Origin: Octopus vulgaris
Taxonomy: Eukaryota
DNA: 64,000 bases
Assembly (NCBI GenBank): GCA_951406725.2
Contig: OX597814.1
Location: 160,208,001 to 160,272,000 of the forward strand
Direction of reading: 5' to 3'
In this document: positions 1 through 14,376 of the stretch, piece after piece
Numbering within the stretch: position 1 is the stretch's first letter
How the letters are laid out: each line of letters begins with the position of its first letter
Notes under the pieces: generated by a model
What the model was told of the DNA's origin: nothing
The model's input: only the letters and a program-made list of their open reading frames with translations
Database searches by the model: none
Position numbers and translations under genes: made by a program

Positions 1-194
1 CGCGTGTGTGTATATATACATATATACATACATATACATGTATATATATATATATACATATATATGTACACACACACACATATATATACATATATTTATA
101 TGTATACACACACATGCACACACACACGCACACATACATACGCTTATGCATTCGTTTTGCAAGATTCCTCGTGTGAAATCGTGTGTTGAAACAG

Positions 195-510
195 ATATTG
201 TTATATTTCAGGACGGTCAAATTCTTGCCAAATAACCACACGCACTATATATGTATATTCGTTCTGCACTTCAAATTTTATAATTTTTCTTATCTTATAG
301 CCTTTGTCTGGGAATCTTACGGCACACATCCAGTGACCTCTTCAGCAACTCTCCATCCTACGTATTTCTTTCTATTCTATTAAGTCCATTCTGTCTTTCA
401 AGAAAGACAATGGATATGAAATAGGAACAATAATAAATCTGAAGCGAAGAACGAATAAATAGTGCGTGTGTTTATTTGGCAAAAGTGACCCTCCCGAAAT
501 ATAATAATAT
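195..510. mobile_element. Fold-back element with ~110-bp degenerate inverted arms (195-309 / 405-510) and a decayed hammerhead-like core; probably Penelope-derived
   Basis: atattgttatatttcaggacggtcaaattcttgccaaataaccacacgcactat matches the reverse complement of atagtgcgtgtgtttatttggcaaaagtgaccctcccgaaatataataatat; minus strand 345-317 reads CTGAAGA-GGTCAC..GTGTGCC-GTAA. Confidence 0.6.
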
Positions 511-513
511 AAA

Positions 514-618
<105 letters not shown>

Positions 619-1266
619 TATAAGTATTAATATGAGCATTATGTAATCTTTATGATCCTTTTAATTCTTATTAAAATGAATATGTTTCCTTAATGATGTC
701 ATCTGTATTTTAGAAGCCTGTTATTGAACACAGCGTTTATTGAAGACTCAGTGTGTGATTTCTCAGAATTTAGCTACTAGATGCAGCAGGTTGAGTGGCT
801 ATGTGTTAGATGACTGTTGAACAAAATTGTTTCTTTTTCATCACTCCGTTCCTATACATATCTTCAGTGAAGGTGGTTGTACTATCAAGCTAGACCAATA
901 TATTAGGTGAAATTGTCTTCTCTAGAAACAGTGTGAGTTTTGATTTTATCGTAACTGCAAGATTTGACTTATTTATTTGATATTTTTCAGTTACATTTTA
1001 AAATATCAACATTTAATCACCATTATAATACGCAAACACACACACATTTATGGATATATAAGCACATACATATATATGTATATATTTACAGATATGTATT
1101 ATAATTTTATGTATGTATATATACACACATATTGTGTGTATACATGTATATTATATGTATATATACATATATTAAATACACAAACAGATAAATGAATGTA
1201 TATATGAGGCAAAAAAGAGAATGACTTTCCCCAAACACAATAATATATATATGTATGTATATATGC

Positions 1267-1376
<110 letters not shown>

Positions 1377-2205
1377 GTATATATATACATATATGTATAT
1401 ATATGTACATACATACGCACATATACATAACTCCCTATATTTGTATGTATGTGGTGTGCTTGTATGTGTGTGTGCATGTATTTATGTGCATATATATATG
1501 CATACATTCAACAGCGTTTAATATAATCAAATTGGCAGGTTATATTAAGACCTAAACCTGTGTTAGTGTAAAATCCAAGACACCCATACTGACTGTATGA
1601 TAAAGGTAACACAGTATCACAATGACTTTTGTGACATGACATAGAGTCACCCAAAGCAAAGCTCATTGGTTATTACAAACGGTTGAAAAATAATCATTAT
1701 TATGGCTTGGCCTGACGTGTTTTTATTCAGATTGACCTTTCTGTTCACAAAATGCATTCACAATAGTTAAAAGTCTCCATGACCACCTCCTATTTCAGAG
1801 ACTTTGCGATTACATGTGCTCCATCTTGATTATTCTTAAATCCTTGTGCAATATTGGTAGATGACCGTTGATTCTATGTTGAGCTCATTCGCTTTTTTGA
1901 CAAGGCTTCATAATTTTTGCCGCTGGTTTTCTTGTAATCCTCTTCATCAGGCAAAAATCTGATGGAGTTGCCGGTTTAGCCACCAACAAACCAACCATGT
2001 AACAGGTTGTACTGGATTATACATCACGAGTACCTCACAAGGTGTGAGTCTGTGCATATGTGTGCGTATATTTGTGTCCACACATACATATTTTTGAGTG
2101 TGTGTATATATATATATACTTACATATATGCTCCCATACGTACATATATCCTTACATATATGCACACACACGTACACATAAACATTTACACGCATACATA
2201 CAAAT

Positions 2206-2249
<44 letters not shown>

Positions 2250-2912
2250 TAAGAAGTGTATGCAAGAATCAACGATGGAGTATGTGCGCGATGGTAAGTA
2301 TAGTTTAAAGTGTCAGCAAAATCTCATTCGTGTCTAACGAAATCTTTAGGTCACGATTGGAATGTCTTTGGTCATAGGTCTTTTTAATTAAGGCTGACCC
2401 CTGTCACACAAAAGTAAGAGCAACAATAACAACAGCAGGAAGAGCAATACCTTTACATGAAGGGACAAATATGTACAGAACTTCACATAGAACAAGGTTC
2501 AAAATTTAAATACAGTAACTTCACAAAAAATTTAATGAATCAAAATAAGAAAAATTCATACATACATACATACACTCAAACACATATATATCCATACACA
2601 AATGTATTTATGCATATATACATATATACATACATAAACGTATTAAAATGTATATTATACAGTATACATACAAGCGTGTATATTATGTATATACATATGT
2701 ATATACATATGTATATATATATAAATACACACACACGCACACACAAACACACACACATACACACACACATATCGATGTGCTATTTTGTTATATTTTATCA
2801 TTAATGATAAAGTTGTAACTTTATCATCACTTTCACCACATTCGTCATCATTTTTATATGGACAAGATATTATCACTTAACTATTTCACTACTACCCTGT
2901 TGATAAGATATC

Positions 2913-3606
2913 AATCTATACATATAAATTTGACATTGGCGATTCTGCCTTGTCTTGGTATTCACGGCTGGGTGGAATTGAGCGAAAAATTATACAGATA
3001 TGTAGAATGATCCAGTGGTGATACTGGGCTTTGTATTTTTTCATAGCTCCCATAGTTACCGAGATAATCTACTATAATAATACTCTTGTGTTTATGAAGG
3101 AGAAAGGAAGGGGTGATAGTTGTATAAGGAAAGAAGGGGTGTGTCATATTTTTGTCATTGTTCCCATGGTTACCGAGATAATCTACAGTAATAATACTCT
3201 TGTGTTTATGAAGAAGAAAGGAAGTGGTGATAGATGAATAAGGAAGGTAGTGTACGCTGAAAAAATAAATCAAACAGCGTTTCAACTCTGTGTGAATATA
3301 TGTGTGTGCATGTAAATGTGTGTGTGCGTGTGTGTATTTGTGTGTGTGCGTGTGCGTGCGCAATGGAAGTGGGATGGTTCATTTTTGTTCGCTTAGTATT
3401 TGGGTTTATTTTTTGATTTGGTTGAATCTTGGTTGTTTTATTTTACGTTGGTCATTTATTAGCGTTTTAGAGTTTTGACAGAAAATAGTCATTCTAAATT
3501 TGTTTTTTAACGTAAGCGTGCCCAAACAAATCGAATGCTTACACAGAGCAGGTTCTACAGCCACATCATCCAAACCGACCGGGTGAAACCGGGTTTCTCA
3601 GCTAGT
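2913..3606 (-). mobile_element. Non-autonomous Helitron/Helentron-like element with an internal ~71-bp duplication (3049-3119, 3163-3233)
   Basis: Minus strand starts ACTAGCTGAGAAACCCGGTTTCACCCGG (ACTAG plus subterminal palindrome) and ends ..tttatatgtatagat; the two internal copies begin cccat(a/g)gttaccgagataatctac. Confidence 0.5.
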
Positions 3607-3779
3607 ATCATATAAAATAATATTTTGTATGCTACAAAATAACGCATTATTCTCTTTTACTATTTTTTGTGTTAATATTATGTAGAACAGAGATGAACAC
3701 TGGCACAGGGGTATTGGTTTCTATAGTATACCGTATTGTGTATTCAATGATATCTCAAATTATACAAAGCTATTCTATT

Positions 3780-4117
3780 CTTACACGTGTTTCAGTTATT
3801 AGACTACAGCCATGCTGGAGTACCGCTTTGAAGGGCTTTAGTCGAAAAAAATCGACTCCTTAAGCCTAGTACTTATTCTATCGTTGCCTATTGCCAAACC
3901 GCCAGGTTACGAGGACATTAACATACCAGCACCGTTTGTCAAACAGACAGAGAGACACACACATAGATATATGTTTTCGTCTACTAAATCCACTCACAAG
4001 GCTCTGGTCGGCCCGAGGCTATAGTAGAAAACACTCGCCCAAGGTGACAACTAGTGGGACTGAACCTGGAACTATGTGGTTGAGAGGCGAGTTTCTTACC
4101 ACACAGCCATGCCTGCA
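3780..4117 (-). mobile_element. tRNA-derived SINE family A, internally deleted copy
   Basis: Aligns with the copy at 8782-9208 (aaatccactcacaaggct..ggtcggcccgaggctatagtagaa). Confidence 0.85.
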
Positions 4118-4265
4118 TGTATGTATATATATATATAATTTTTGTTGCGTCTTGCAACCTTTCTATAGCTTTGATTCTCTCTCTCCCTATATATATATTG
4201 ATAAAAATGTTAAGACAAAAGAATGAAAGAGACCTCGATATTATGTAAATAGAGGAATTTATCTG

Positions 4266-4501
4266 TAAATGTAATATGTGACAATTATTCGGTAGCCATG
4301 ATAAAACTCTGAGTTTCAGATGCCGGGTAGGAAATCCACGCCGCCATCTCTTCAGCTATCCGGTCATCGGAGAAAATGCTATGAAAATGACTGTTATACA
4401 AAAGGAATTTCCCTTTGTATAACAGCCATGGCGTGGATTTCTACCCCGTCATCCGAAATTCAGAGTTTTATCATGGCTACCGAATAATTGTCACATATTA
4501 C

Positions 4502-4506
<5 letters not shown>
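4266..4506. mobile_element. Fold-back element with ~77-bp inverted arms and a nested hairpin (4388-4428); Penelope-like terminal repeat
   Basis: 4266-4342 taaatgtaatatgtgacaattattcggtagccatgataaaactctgag.. is the near-perfect reverse complement of 4430-4506. Confidence 0.8.
4300..4360 (-). ncRNA. Candidate type-I hammerhead ribozyme
   Basis: GAUAG-CUGAAGA-GAUG..CAUC-U-GAAA-CUC-A-GAG-U-U-UUAUC: both core boxes present and stems I, II and III pair. Confidence 0.6.
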
Positions 4507-4580
<74 letters not shown>

Positions 4581-5050
4581 TGTATGTATGTACCTATATA
4601 TATATGCATATATGTACATATACATATATATATATATATGTTACATATATGTTATGTATGTATATGTATATATATCTAAATATATACACGCATACACAGA
4701 TTTATACAGACATGTGTGCGCGTGTGTGCATGTGTGTTTGTGTGTGCTTGTGTTTGTGTGCGTGTGTTTGTGTGTGTGTGTGTGTGTATGTGTGTGTGTG
4801 TGTGCGTGTGTGTGTGTGAGTGAGCGTTGTTTTATATGTATATATACATGCGGTTATCATAACGCTTCCATGATATATTAATTATTTAGTTATTTCAATA
4901 CGTATTGTCTAACCAAATAGAATCTATTCCGCAATATCTATTAGGTGTTTTATATATATAGATATATACAAAATGTTCTTCAATACAGTTTATATACCAT
5001 CAAGCGCGAGCGCACACACACGAACAGAATGTCAATACGTATGCAGGAAT

Positions 5051-5296
5051 TCTTTATTCTTTTATTTGTTTCAGACATTTGACTACGGCCATGCTGGAGC
5101 ACCGTCTTTAGTCGAACAACTCGACCCCAGGACTTATTCTTTGTAAGCTATTCTATAACTTTGTAAGTTATTCTATCGGTTTCTTTAGCCGAACCATAAG
5201 TTACGGGGATGTAAACACACCAGCATCGGTTGTCAAGCGGTAGTGGTTGAGAGAGACACAGACACACAAACATACACACATACATACATACATGCA

Positions 5297-5332
<36 letters not shown>

Positions 5333-5504
5333 TATATATATGTATATGTATATGTATATAACGACGGGCTTCTTTCAGTTTCCGTCTACAAAATCCACTC
5401 ACAAGGCTTTGGTTGGCCTGAGTCTATAGTAGAAAACACTTGCCCAAGGTGCCACGCAGTGAGACTGAACCTGAACCACGTGGTTTATAAGCAAGCTACT
5501 TTAC
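5051..5504 (-). mobile_element. SINE family A
   Basis: Aligns with 8782-9208; internal (TACA)n/(TA)n tract. Confidence 0.9.
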
Positions 5505-5788
5505 GCATTTAATTTCCATAGGTGTTTGCGTTATATACGGGAATATGTGCATTCGTTAATGTGGCTAGATGTTTAGCTCATGATGGTTCTGTAGGACCTA
5601 ACTCAAACGTTTGCATACACATTTACTTTTAAAATCGTACAAAGTGTAATTCCTTCGCTAGTAGATAGTCATCACCGAGCATTGGCAGTTAAAATAATTA
5701 TACACGCAAATACAGGTATGTTTACGTGTGTGTATGTGTGTGTATGTATATATGTGTGTATATATGTACATAGGAGTATTTACGTGTG

Positions 5789-5937
<149 letters not shown>

Positions 5938-6352
5938 GTGTATGCATCTGGATATTTATGCAGGGTATATATTTACCCTTACAGCAAAAACATCTATTTG
6001 CGTGCACAATATATATATATATATATATATACATGTATATATACATGTATATATACATACATATGTATACACATATATGTGCATATACGGGCCTAAATGT
6101 TATGTGTCAGTGTGTGTGTATGTGTGTACGAGTGTGTATGTGTGTGTGTGTGTGTGAGAGAGAGAGTGTGTGTGTGAGTGTGTGTAATTTTACTCACAGT
6201 ATCATTAAATATCATTCATTACTCTTTGGAATAGTAAGAAACATTTTGTTTTTATCCATGTAACTATACCTATTTTTCCAACATATCTATCTATCTATCT
6301 CACATTTTCTCTCTCACTCTCTATACATGTATATGTATATATAATAAACAAG

Positions 6353-6431
<79 letters not shown>

Positions 6432-6899
6432 TAGAGAGAGAAAGAGAGGGGGAGAAATAAATAGATAGACAAATAGATAGAAATGTAGATATATATATGT
6501 GTATATACACACACTTATGCGTAAGTAAACATGTATAACTGAATCCACAAGGATGTGGTTTTGAATTTTAAGTTCAATATATGGCTTTTTTTTTAATTTG
6601 GACTAATTCCACTCAGGTTCTTATCTGATATATTTATTGGAGCAGTGTTCGACTTATAAAAGCAAATTTCGGTGGTCTTACTACGTCCATTGAAATTAAG
6701 TTTCTACCTGCAAAGATGGCGGATGAACCGTGGTAAATATGGTGAGGTATTTAGTCACCGCGCTTCACGCTTTCAGTTCAACTGCTGAAACAGGGTTTTG
6801 CTGCTCATTCTTCCGGCTTCGACTTGTACGCTCTAGTAAAATAGTGAAATGTATACAATGCACAGTTGCCACCGTTCAAAAAGTACATACGAGTATACA

Positions 6900-6939
<40 letters not shown>

Positions 6940-7100
6940 CGCAGAAGATCACATACGAGAAACCACGACATGCAAGAGAAACGGAAAACTTCGGATAGAT
7001 ACAAACAATACAATAACGTAAGACACATACACACATACACACATATATACATATACATACATATATATATATAAACATACATATAAATATATATATATAC

Positions 7101-7187
<87 letters not shown>

Positions 7188-7206
7188 CACACACATTCAA
7201 ACATGC

Positions 7207-7636
7207 TTACTCTTTTACTCTTATTTCAGTCATTTGACTACGGCCATGCCGAAGCACCGACTTTAGTCGAACAAATCGACTCCAGGACTTATTCTTTGCA
7301 AGCCTAGTACTTATTCTATCGGTTTCTTTTGCTGAATTGCCAAGTTACAGGAACGTATACACACCAGCATCGGTTATCAAGTGATGGGGGGGGACAAACA
7401 GACACACAAACATACAAACACGCACGCACGCACACACACATACAGCACACACACACACAGCACACACACATATATATATATACGACGGGCTTCTTTTAGT
7501 TTCCGTCTACCAAATCCACTCACAAGGCTTTGGTCGGCCCGAAGCTATAGTAGAAAACACTCGCCCATGTTGCTACGCAGTGGGACTGAACCCGGAACAA
7601 TGTGGTTGGTAAGCAAGCTACTTACCACACAACCAC
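7207..7636 (-). mobile_element. SINE family A
   Basis: Near full-length alignment with 8782-9208. Confidence 0.9.
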
Positions 7637-7885
7637 TATTATTTAATATTCACATTTCAAAAACGTGCATATTCTTACAGTGTGTCCGTTTGATATGTAA
7701 TATTCATTTGAATATTACGTACATATTGATGGATGGTAAAGAAATCAGGAAATATTAATTGAAGATATACAATGCTATAGATACTATTCTTGTACAAGAA
7801 ACTTTGAAACCTTTTACATCTTTCAGTTCATTGTAGAAGCCAAACACACATAAAAACAGTAAACGCATACCTAAACACATACGCA

Positions 7886-7968
<83 letters not shown>

Positions 7969-7974
7969 ACATAT

Positions 7975-8249
7975 GGTGGACTCTCCTGTCGAAGACGACG
8001 AATGAGCGGTCCAGCTTTTACCGAACGACCCCCACAAATGAACTGTTCGTGCTGCACACTCTCTCCATCAAATCTACGTTGTCTGAGCAAATGCACTGTG
8101 TGCCACGCTTCAGGTGTCTAAGGGATCGCAGAGCATCATGAGATGAAGTGTTTTGCTCAAGAACACAGCACACCAGCCGGTCTGGAAACTGAAACCACGA
8201 TCTCGGTATCGTGAGTCCAACGCCCTAGCCACGAGGCCATACGCCCTCA
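7975..8249 (-). mobile_element. tRNA-derived SINE family C (diverged)
   Basis: Minus-strand head tgagggcgtatggcctcgtggctagggcgttggactcacgataccgagatcgtggtttcag resembles the head of 51184-51571. Confidence 0.7.
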
Positions 8250-8262
8250 TTGTGTGTATATA

Positions 8263-8337
<75 letters not shown>

Positions 8338-8480
8338 GTATATGTGTATAGACATTGTCATATATACGTGTATATATATATATATATATATATACATATA
8401 TATATACATATATATATTCACACACACACATACACACATATACACACACATAGGCGTAGTCATATATGCGTATACATATA

Positions 8481-8519
<39 letters not shown>

Positions 8520-8781
8520 CATATATAAACACCCCCCACACACACACACGCGCGCACACACATATACCAATTTGGAGGAATGAAGCAGGTTAAATCCAGG
8601 CTGCATATGTTTCCTAGCTGGTAGAACCTCGAAAGTAATACTCACCGAAGTGTATTCCACTAGCCACTGATCAGGTCGAAGATACCTTAGTTAAATGAAA
8701 TTTATATTGTCGTCAAGGGATCTCAGGTTTACATACATACATGCATTTATATGTATATATATATATGCATGCATGCATGTA

Positions 8782-9208
8782 CTCTTTCTCTTTTTTACTC
8801 TTTTTACTCTTTTTACTTGTTTCAGTCATTTGACTGCGGCCATGCTAGAGCACCGCCTTTAGTCGAGCAAATCGACCCCGGGACTTATTCTTTGTAAGCC
8901 CAGTACTTATTCTATCGGTCTCTTTTGCCGAACCGCTAAGTGACGGGGACGTAAACACACCAGCATCGGTTGTCAAGCAATGCTAGGGGAACAAACACAG
9001 ACACACAAGCATATTCACACACACTTATATATATATACATATATACGACAGGCTTCTTTCAGTTTCCGTCTACCAAATCCACTCACAAGGCATTGGTCGG
9101 CCCGGGGCTATAGCAGAAGACACTTGCCCAAGATGCCACGCAGTGGGACTGATCCCGGAACCATGTGGTTGGTTAGCAAGCTACTTACCAAACAGCCACT
9201 CCTGCGCC
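8782..9208 (-). mobile_element. SINE family A, best-preserved copy (reference for this window)
   Basis: Minus strand: ggcgcaggagtggctgtttggtaag (A box) .. gttccgggatcagtccc (B-box-like) .. central (TA)(TG) tract .. tail ggcggtgctctagcatggccgcagtcaaatgactgaaacaagtaaaa(agagtaaaa)n. Confidence 0.92.
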
Positions 9209-9222
9209 TATGTATGTATATA

Positions 9223-9372
9223 CCAATCAAAAGAAGAGGACAAAGAAAATTTTTAACACATCTTTAATTATTTGCAACGCCAGTTTATGTAGCAAATAGA
9301 GACGACAGGGAAACAATTGTAACTTGTAATTAAAAATATGTTAAAAAATTGCATTCTTTTTCTTTTCATTGG
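9223..9372. repeat. Degenerate inverted repeat (~48-bp arms, 9223-9270 / 9327-9372)
   Basis: ccaatcaaaagaagagg..tttttaacacatctttaatta vs reverse complement ccaatgaaaagaaaaag..ttttttaacatatttttaatta. Confidence 0.6.
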
Positions 9373-9632
9373 ATTATCTACTCTTCACCGGACCCATTTT
9401 ACAGTATAATCGTCGTAAATCTTGGATTATCTACACTTAAAAAATTACAGCTTTGGCCGGTAATCCAGCAGTGATGATAGCCCAGTATTCAGGTCGAGTG
9501 CTTCCCTGGAAATACCCTATCTTCACACCAGACCATATATGTATATGTGTGTCTGTGTGTGTGTGTGTGTAAATAAAAAAATAAATAAATATATATATAT
9601 ATATAATATGATATGATATAATATAATATAAT

Positions 9633-9689
<57 letters not shown>

Positions 9690-9783
9690 TACATACACAT
9701 AGGTAAAAATGATATATAAATATATAATTATATATATGTAACACAACACACATATACACACACACACACACAAATATGTAAAT

Positions 9784-10027
<244 letters not shown>

Positions 10028-10350
10028 TTTCAGTAAACTTTACTACTGGGATATTAGCTTATTAAGGATTAATATTTATTTTTCATAACTTTGTCATGGC
10101 TGTGCTTGTTTCATACCAGTGATTCTGAAGCGGTGCACGCGGCAAGGGGTAGCTAAGTGCACTGTGTTTCTTTTACTTTCTCTTTAAGAAATATAATTTT
10201 AGGCTGTGGAAAATCCATACCTAATAGTTGAGCGTCTTGAAAAAAAACATGTTATTCATATTTTTGTTATACAGGAGAATGATTAATATAACAAGGCATG
10301 GAATGTTATGTATATGTATATGTATCTATATCAGCCTGTATGTGAATGTA

Positions 10351-10405
<55 letters not shown>

Positions 10406-11220
10406 AAATTTTGCTCTAAATCGTAGTTTTTCTTTATTTTTTCTTAACGTTCCATATGAGGTGTGCCGGTAACATTTTTTTTTGTTCGATTTCCAGTACG
10501 AAACACATTTAGATAGGCTGAGAAACAAACGTTTTATACTGAAGCTTAAATTTATTAATTGAATACCTTATGTAAATGTTGTGCTGATTGATATTGTTAC
10601 AATAATACCACACGATGACTTGTGGTATTGTATAACTACCGTATGCCATGTAGTTTAATATCCACCCTCAACACCAATAACACACATACACACACATATG
10701 TACAATGTGGTCGACAAGCATTTAATATCTCCACGAATAAAAATAAATAAAAAATAAAGAACGGATTTCACGAGCACCCAGTAGATAAGCTTCTTCACGA
10801 TCCATTGATCAACTAGAAATAGCAGCCAAATTCCACTGAAATCGCTCATTATTGTATCAAAAGATGAATACATACTGCAGCAACATAGACTAAGTTGGAA
10901 AAAGACGGGGACAGTCAAAGGTAAAACACCTCTGATCGAACAGGCCTATTGTATTCGATACATAATTGTTTCGTCCTTTTATTTCTAATACATCGATTCC
11001 TTTCTTAAGATGTTGGAGGGTATGATTTCATATTTATTAGGCTGCTATAACTAGCAGAAGAAGGATCCACATAGAAGCGGCGCATGATGGGTACAATAGG
11101 TTCACACATATTACAAAGATATCTGGGGATTAGAGGAAGAAATCCAGGATTGCATATGCAGGAGTGTAGGGGCAAAAAACCCCAAAAAAAAACAAGGCTC
11201 CACAAACTCAGCCTGATAAG

Positions 11221-11292
<72 letters not shown>
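11221..11292. repeat. (ATT)n microsatellite
   Basis: Direct reading. Confidence 0.95.
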
Positions 11293-11293
<1 letters not shown>

Positions 11294-11813
11294 GTGTGCT
11301 CGTGCAAGCATGCGTATCTATACATGTGTGAATATATATTAGCTAGGAAATATTTAATTCTGAATATTTATGAATTCACATATACACACGCACATATATA
11401 TATGTACATATATGTATATATGTATGTATATATGTATGTAAGTATGTATGTATGTATGTATGTATGTATGTATGTATGTATGTGTATGTATATATCTATG
11501 TGTGTGTGTGTGTTTTATATATACATGTATGTATATACATATATATATGTATACACGTATATATATAAACGTATATAGATATCTTTTGTATTTACGAATG
11601 GCTATAAACTTATATGTATATATTAGCTCATATATAGGTGTGCTCATATGTAAATGTATATAATGTATATGTATATAAATGTATATGTATATATATATAT
11701 ATTTATATATATATATTATATATATATATATATAGAAATAGCTTTTAAAAAGTTTTTTAGCTGCTATTTCTAATGAGTTCAGATAATTTATTTTACTAAG
11801 ATATAATGTATAA

Positions 11814-11934
<121 letters not shown>

Positions 11935-12043
11935 CACGCATGAAATTCTAGGGTAAGATTCAAAATACTTTGTCATCTAATAAAATACACATACACTTTC
12001 TTCAATTATATACTCAACCATACAGCAATCAATAGTTTTATGC

Positions 12044-12132
<89 letters not shown>

Positions 12133-12157
12133 CGTAAATGTTGGTATTCAGGTATAT

Positions 12158-12520
12158 TCTCTTACTTGTTTAAGTCATTTTACTGCGGCCATGCGGGAGC
12201 ACCACCTTTAGTCTAACAAATCGACCCCAGGTCTTATTCTTTGTAAGCCTAGCACTTATTCTATCGGTCTTTTTGGCCGAACAGCTAAGTTACGGGGACG
12301 TAAACACACCAACATCGGTTGTCAAGTGATGGTGGCGAACAAACACACACAAACACGTACACGCACACACACACAAACACTCACACACACACATATACGA
12401 CGGGTTTCTTTCAGTTTCCGTCTGCCAAATCCACTCACAAGGCTTTGTGTTATTGTTGTTCTTATTGTTGTATGACTGAACCCGGAACCATGGGGTTGGT
12501 AAGCAAGTTACTTACTACAC
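12158..12520 (-). mobile_element. SINE family A with part of the body replaced by a short GTT-rich filler
   Basis: Aligns with 8782-9208 except around 12447-12473. Confidence 0.85.
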
Positions 12521-12807
12521 ATAACACATAACAAAGACCAAGTTACTTACTGCAAATAAGATAACAAGACCAAGTCAATGTGATATTTCTAGGACATTTA
12601 TAAAGAGAAACGTGGCCTTACAGATATTTCAGGGAAATAAATGATATCTCAGCATCAGAGACGAATTAAGAGTTGCAATAGAAGGAATTAGTAGAGTTCA
12701 TTATATAAGAAGTTATTTTGGAAAGGAAGAGATACAGAAAGCTTGAAGAGAAGTATGAAAATAAAAATACATGTTGGATGTTAAAGTTGTTCCGTTATAT
12801 ATATATT

Positions 12808-12861
<54 letters not shown>

Positions 12862-13082
12862 GTTGAAATGCTCCTGTCACAGCCTTGGGACCTTGAAGAC
12901 TGCTTAAATGCAAGAAAGTATACTAGTCCCTTAATATTTGATATTCAATATTTCATCTATTCAATAAGACAATCAATACTTCATTTCATTTTACTATATA
13001 TACTATTTATACTATATATTCTACATTAATATTATAAAGAATATATATAAAACATTAAAAAAACAAAGTTGGAATTCCTTTG

Positions 13083-13211
<129 letters not shown>

Positions 13212-13327
13212 GTAAATGTGTGTATGGGTATTTTATATCGAGAGTAAGAAAGAAAGAGAGAGAGAAAGATATGTATATATGTATATATATATATGTATGT
13301 ATATATTTATATATACATTCGCATACA

Positions 13328-13382
<55 letters not shown>

Positions 13383-13649
13383 CAAGGTAGATAGATGAGT
13401 AAATATATAAATATCTAACAACACTCACAGATATGCACACATAAACACGTTTATATATTGATATATGTGCACATGTATTTTTCACACAAGCCTGCACACG
13501 CACACACACACACACACACACGCATACACATAATACATTGTATAAATATATACATATATATATTGTCATATATGTATGTATGTGTGTGCACACACATAAA
13601 CGCGCGCGCACATACACACATACACACACACACACACACATGAGCATGT

Positions 13650-13800
13650 ATGAGTGGAGCCGCGCGGTTAGGGTGTTGAAATCATGATCGTAAGATTGTG
13701 GTTTCAATTCCTGGACCGGGTGATGCATTGTATTCTTGAGCAAAATCTTCGTTTCCTGTTGCTCTAGTCCAGTGAGCTGATAAAAAGTGAGTAATCTGGT
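13650..13800 (+). mobile_element. SINE family C-related 5' half
   Basis: gcggttagggtgttgaaatcatgatcgtaagattgtggtttcaattcctggaccggg resembles the tRNA-like head of family C. Confidence 0.65.
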
Positions 13801-13914
13801 GTCACATTAAGCGAGAACTATATACACTGAAGAGTCAGGAAAACCGACCCCCATGAGTCTCTATGACAGGGGCAGGAGGTTATATTTATATTTATACACA
13901 CTTCACACACATTG

Positions 13915-14046
<132 letters not shown>

Positions 14047-14068
14047 TGTATACACACATATATATGCA

Positions 14069-14245
14069 TATATGGGTACAGGACGTCACCAACTGTGCAA
14101 ACAACATAAAATACGTAAAAACAGAACAAGGAAGCACAGGTAAAAGACCCTTCATCAGCTGTCGGCTGCCTCATTCCGAGCACTTGTCCTTTTTTTCACG
14201 TATTTTATGTTGTTTGCAAATTTGGTGACGTCCTGTACCAATATA
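14069..14245. mobile_element. Fold-back element with ~60-bp inverted arms in a (TA)n context; Penelope-like
   Basis: tatgggtacaggacgtcaccaactgtgcaaacaacataaaatacgt / acgtattttatgttgtttgcaaatttggtgacgtcctgtaccaata; the spacer has CTGATGAAGGG on the minus strand; related single arm at 54792-54918. Confidence 0.75.
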
Positions 14246-14255
14246 TATATATATA

Positions 14256-14376
14256 TCACCGTGATCACCGTGACCGACCAGTCTCTCAGATGTTGCTACA
14301 CATCGCCGGTCACAATGCACTTCGCATTGTTTTAGCCTTCAAATGACGCCACCCCGCTGGCTAAGCGAGTAGGCCA

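Noticed and set aside
1760-1990. Possible Tc1/mariner transposase C-terminus on the minus strand (..IGGGHGDF*)
   Set aside because: Too decayed, and no catalytic motif or TIR could be confirmed by eye.
7381-9267. Recurring peptide [28 protein letters not shown] in several ORFs
   Set aside because: It is the antisense translation of SINE family A, not a gene family.
11075-11220. MMGTIGSHILQRYL, similar to an R4/Dong C-terminus
   Set aside because: The match is very short, and the adjacent array is (ATT)n on that strand, opposite to the (AAT)n tail of the supported copy.
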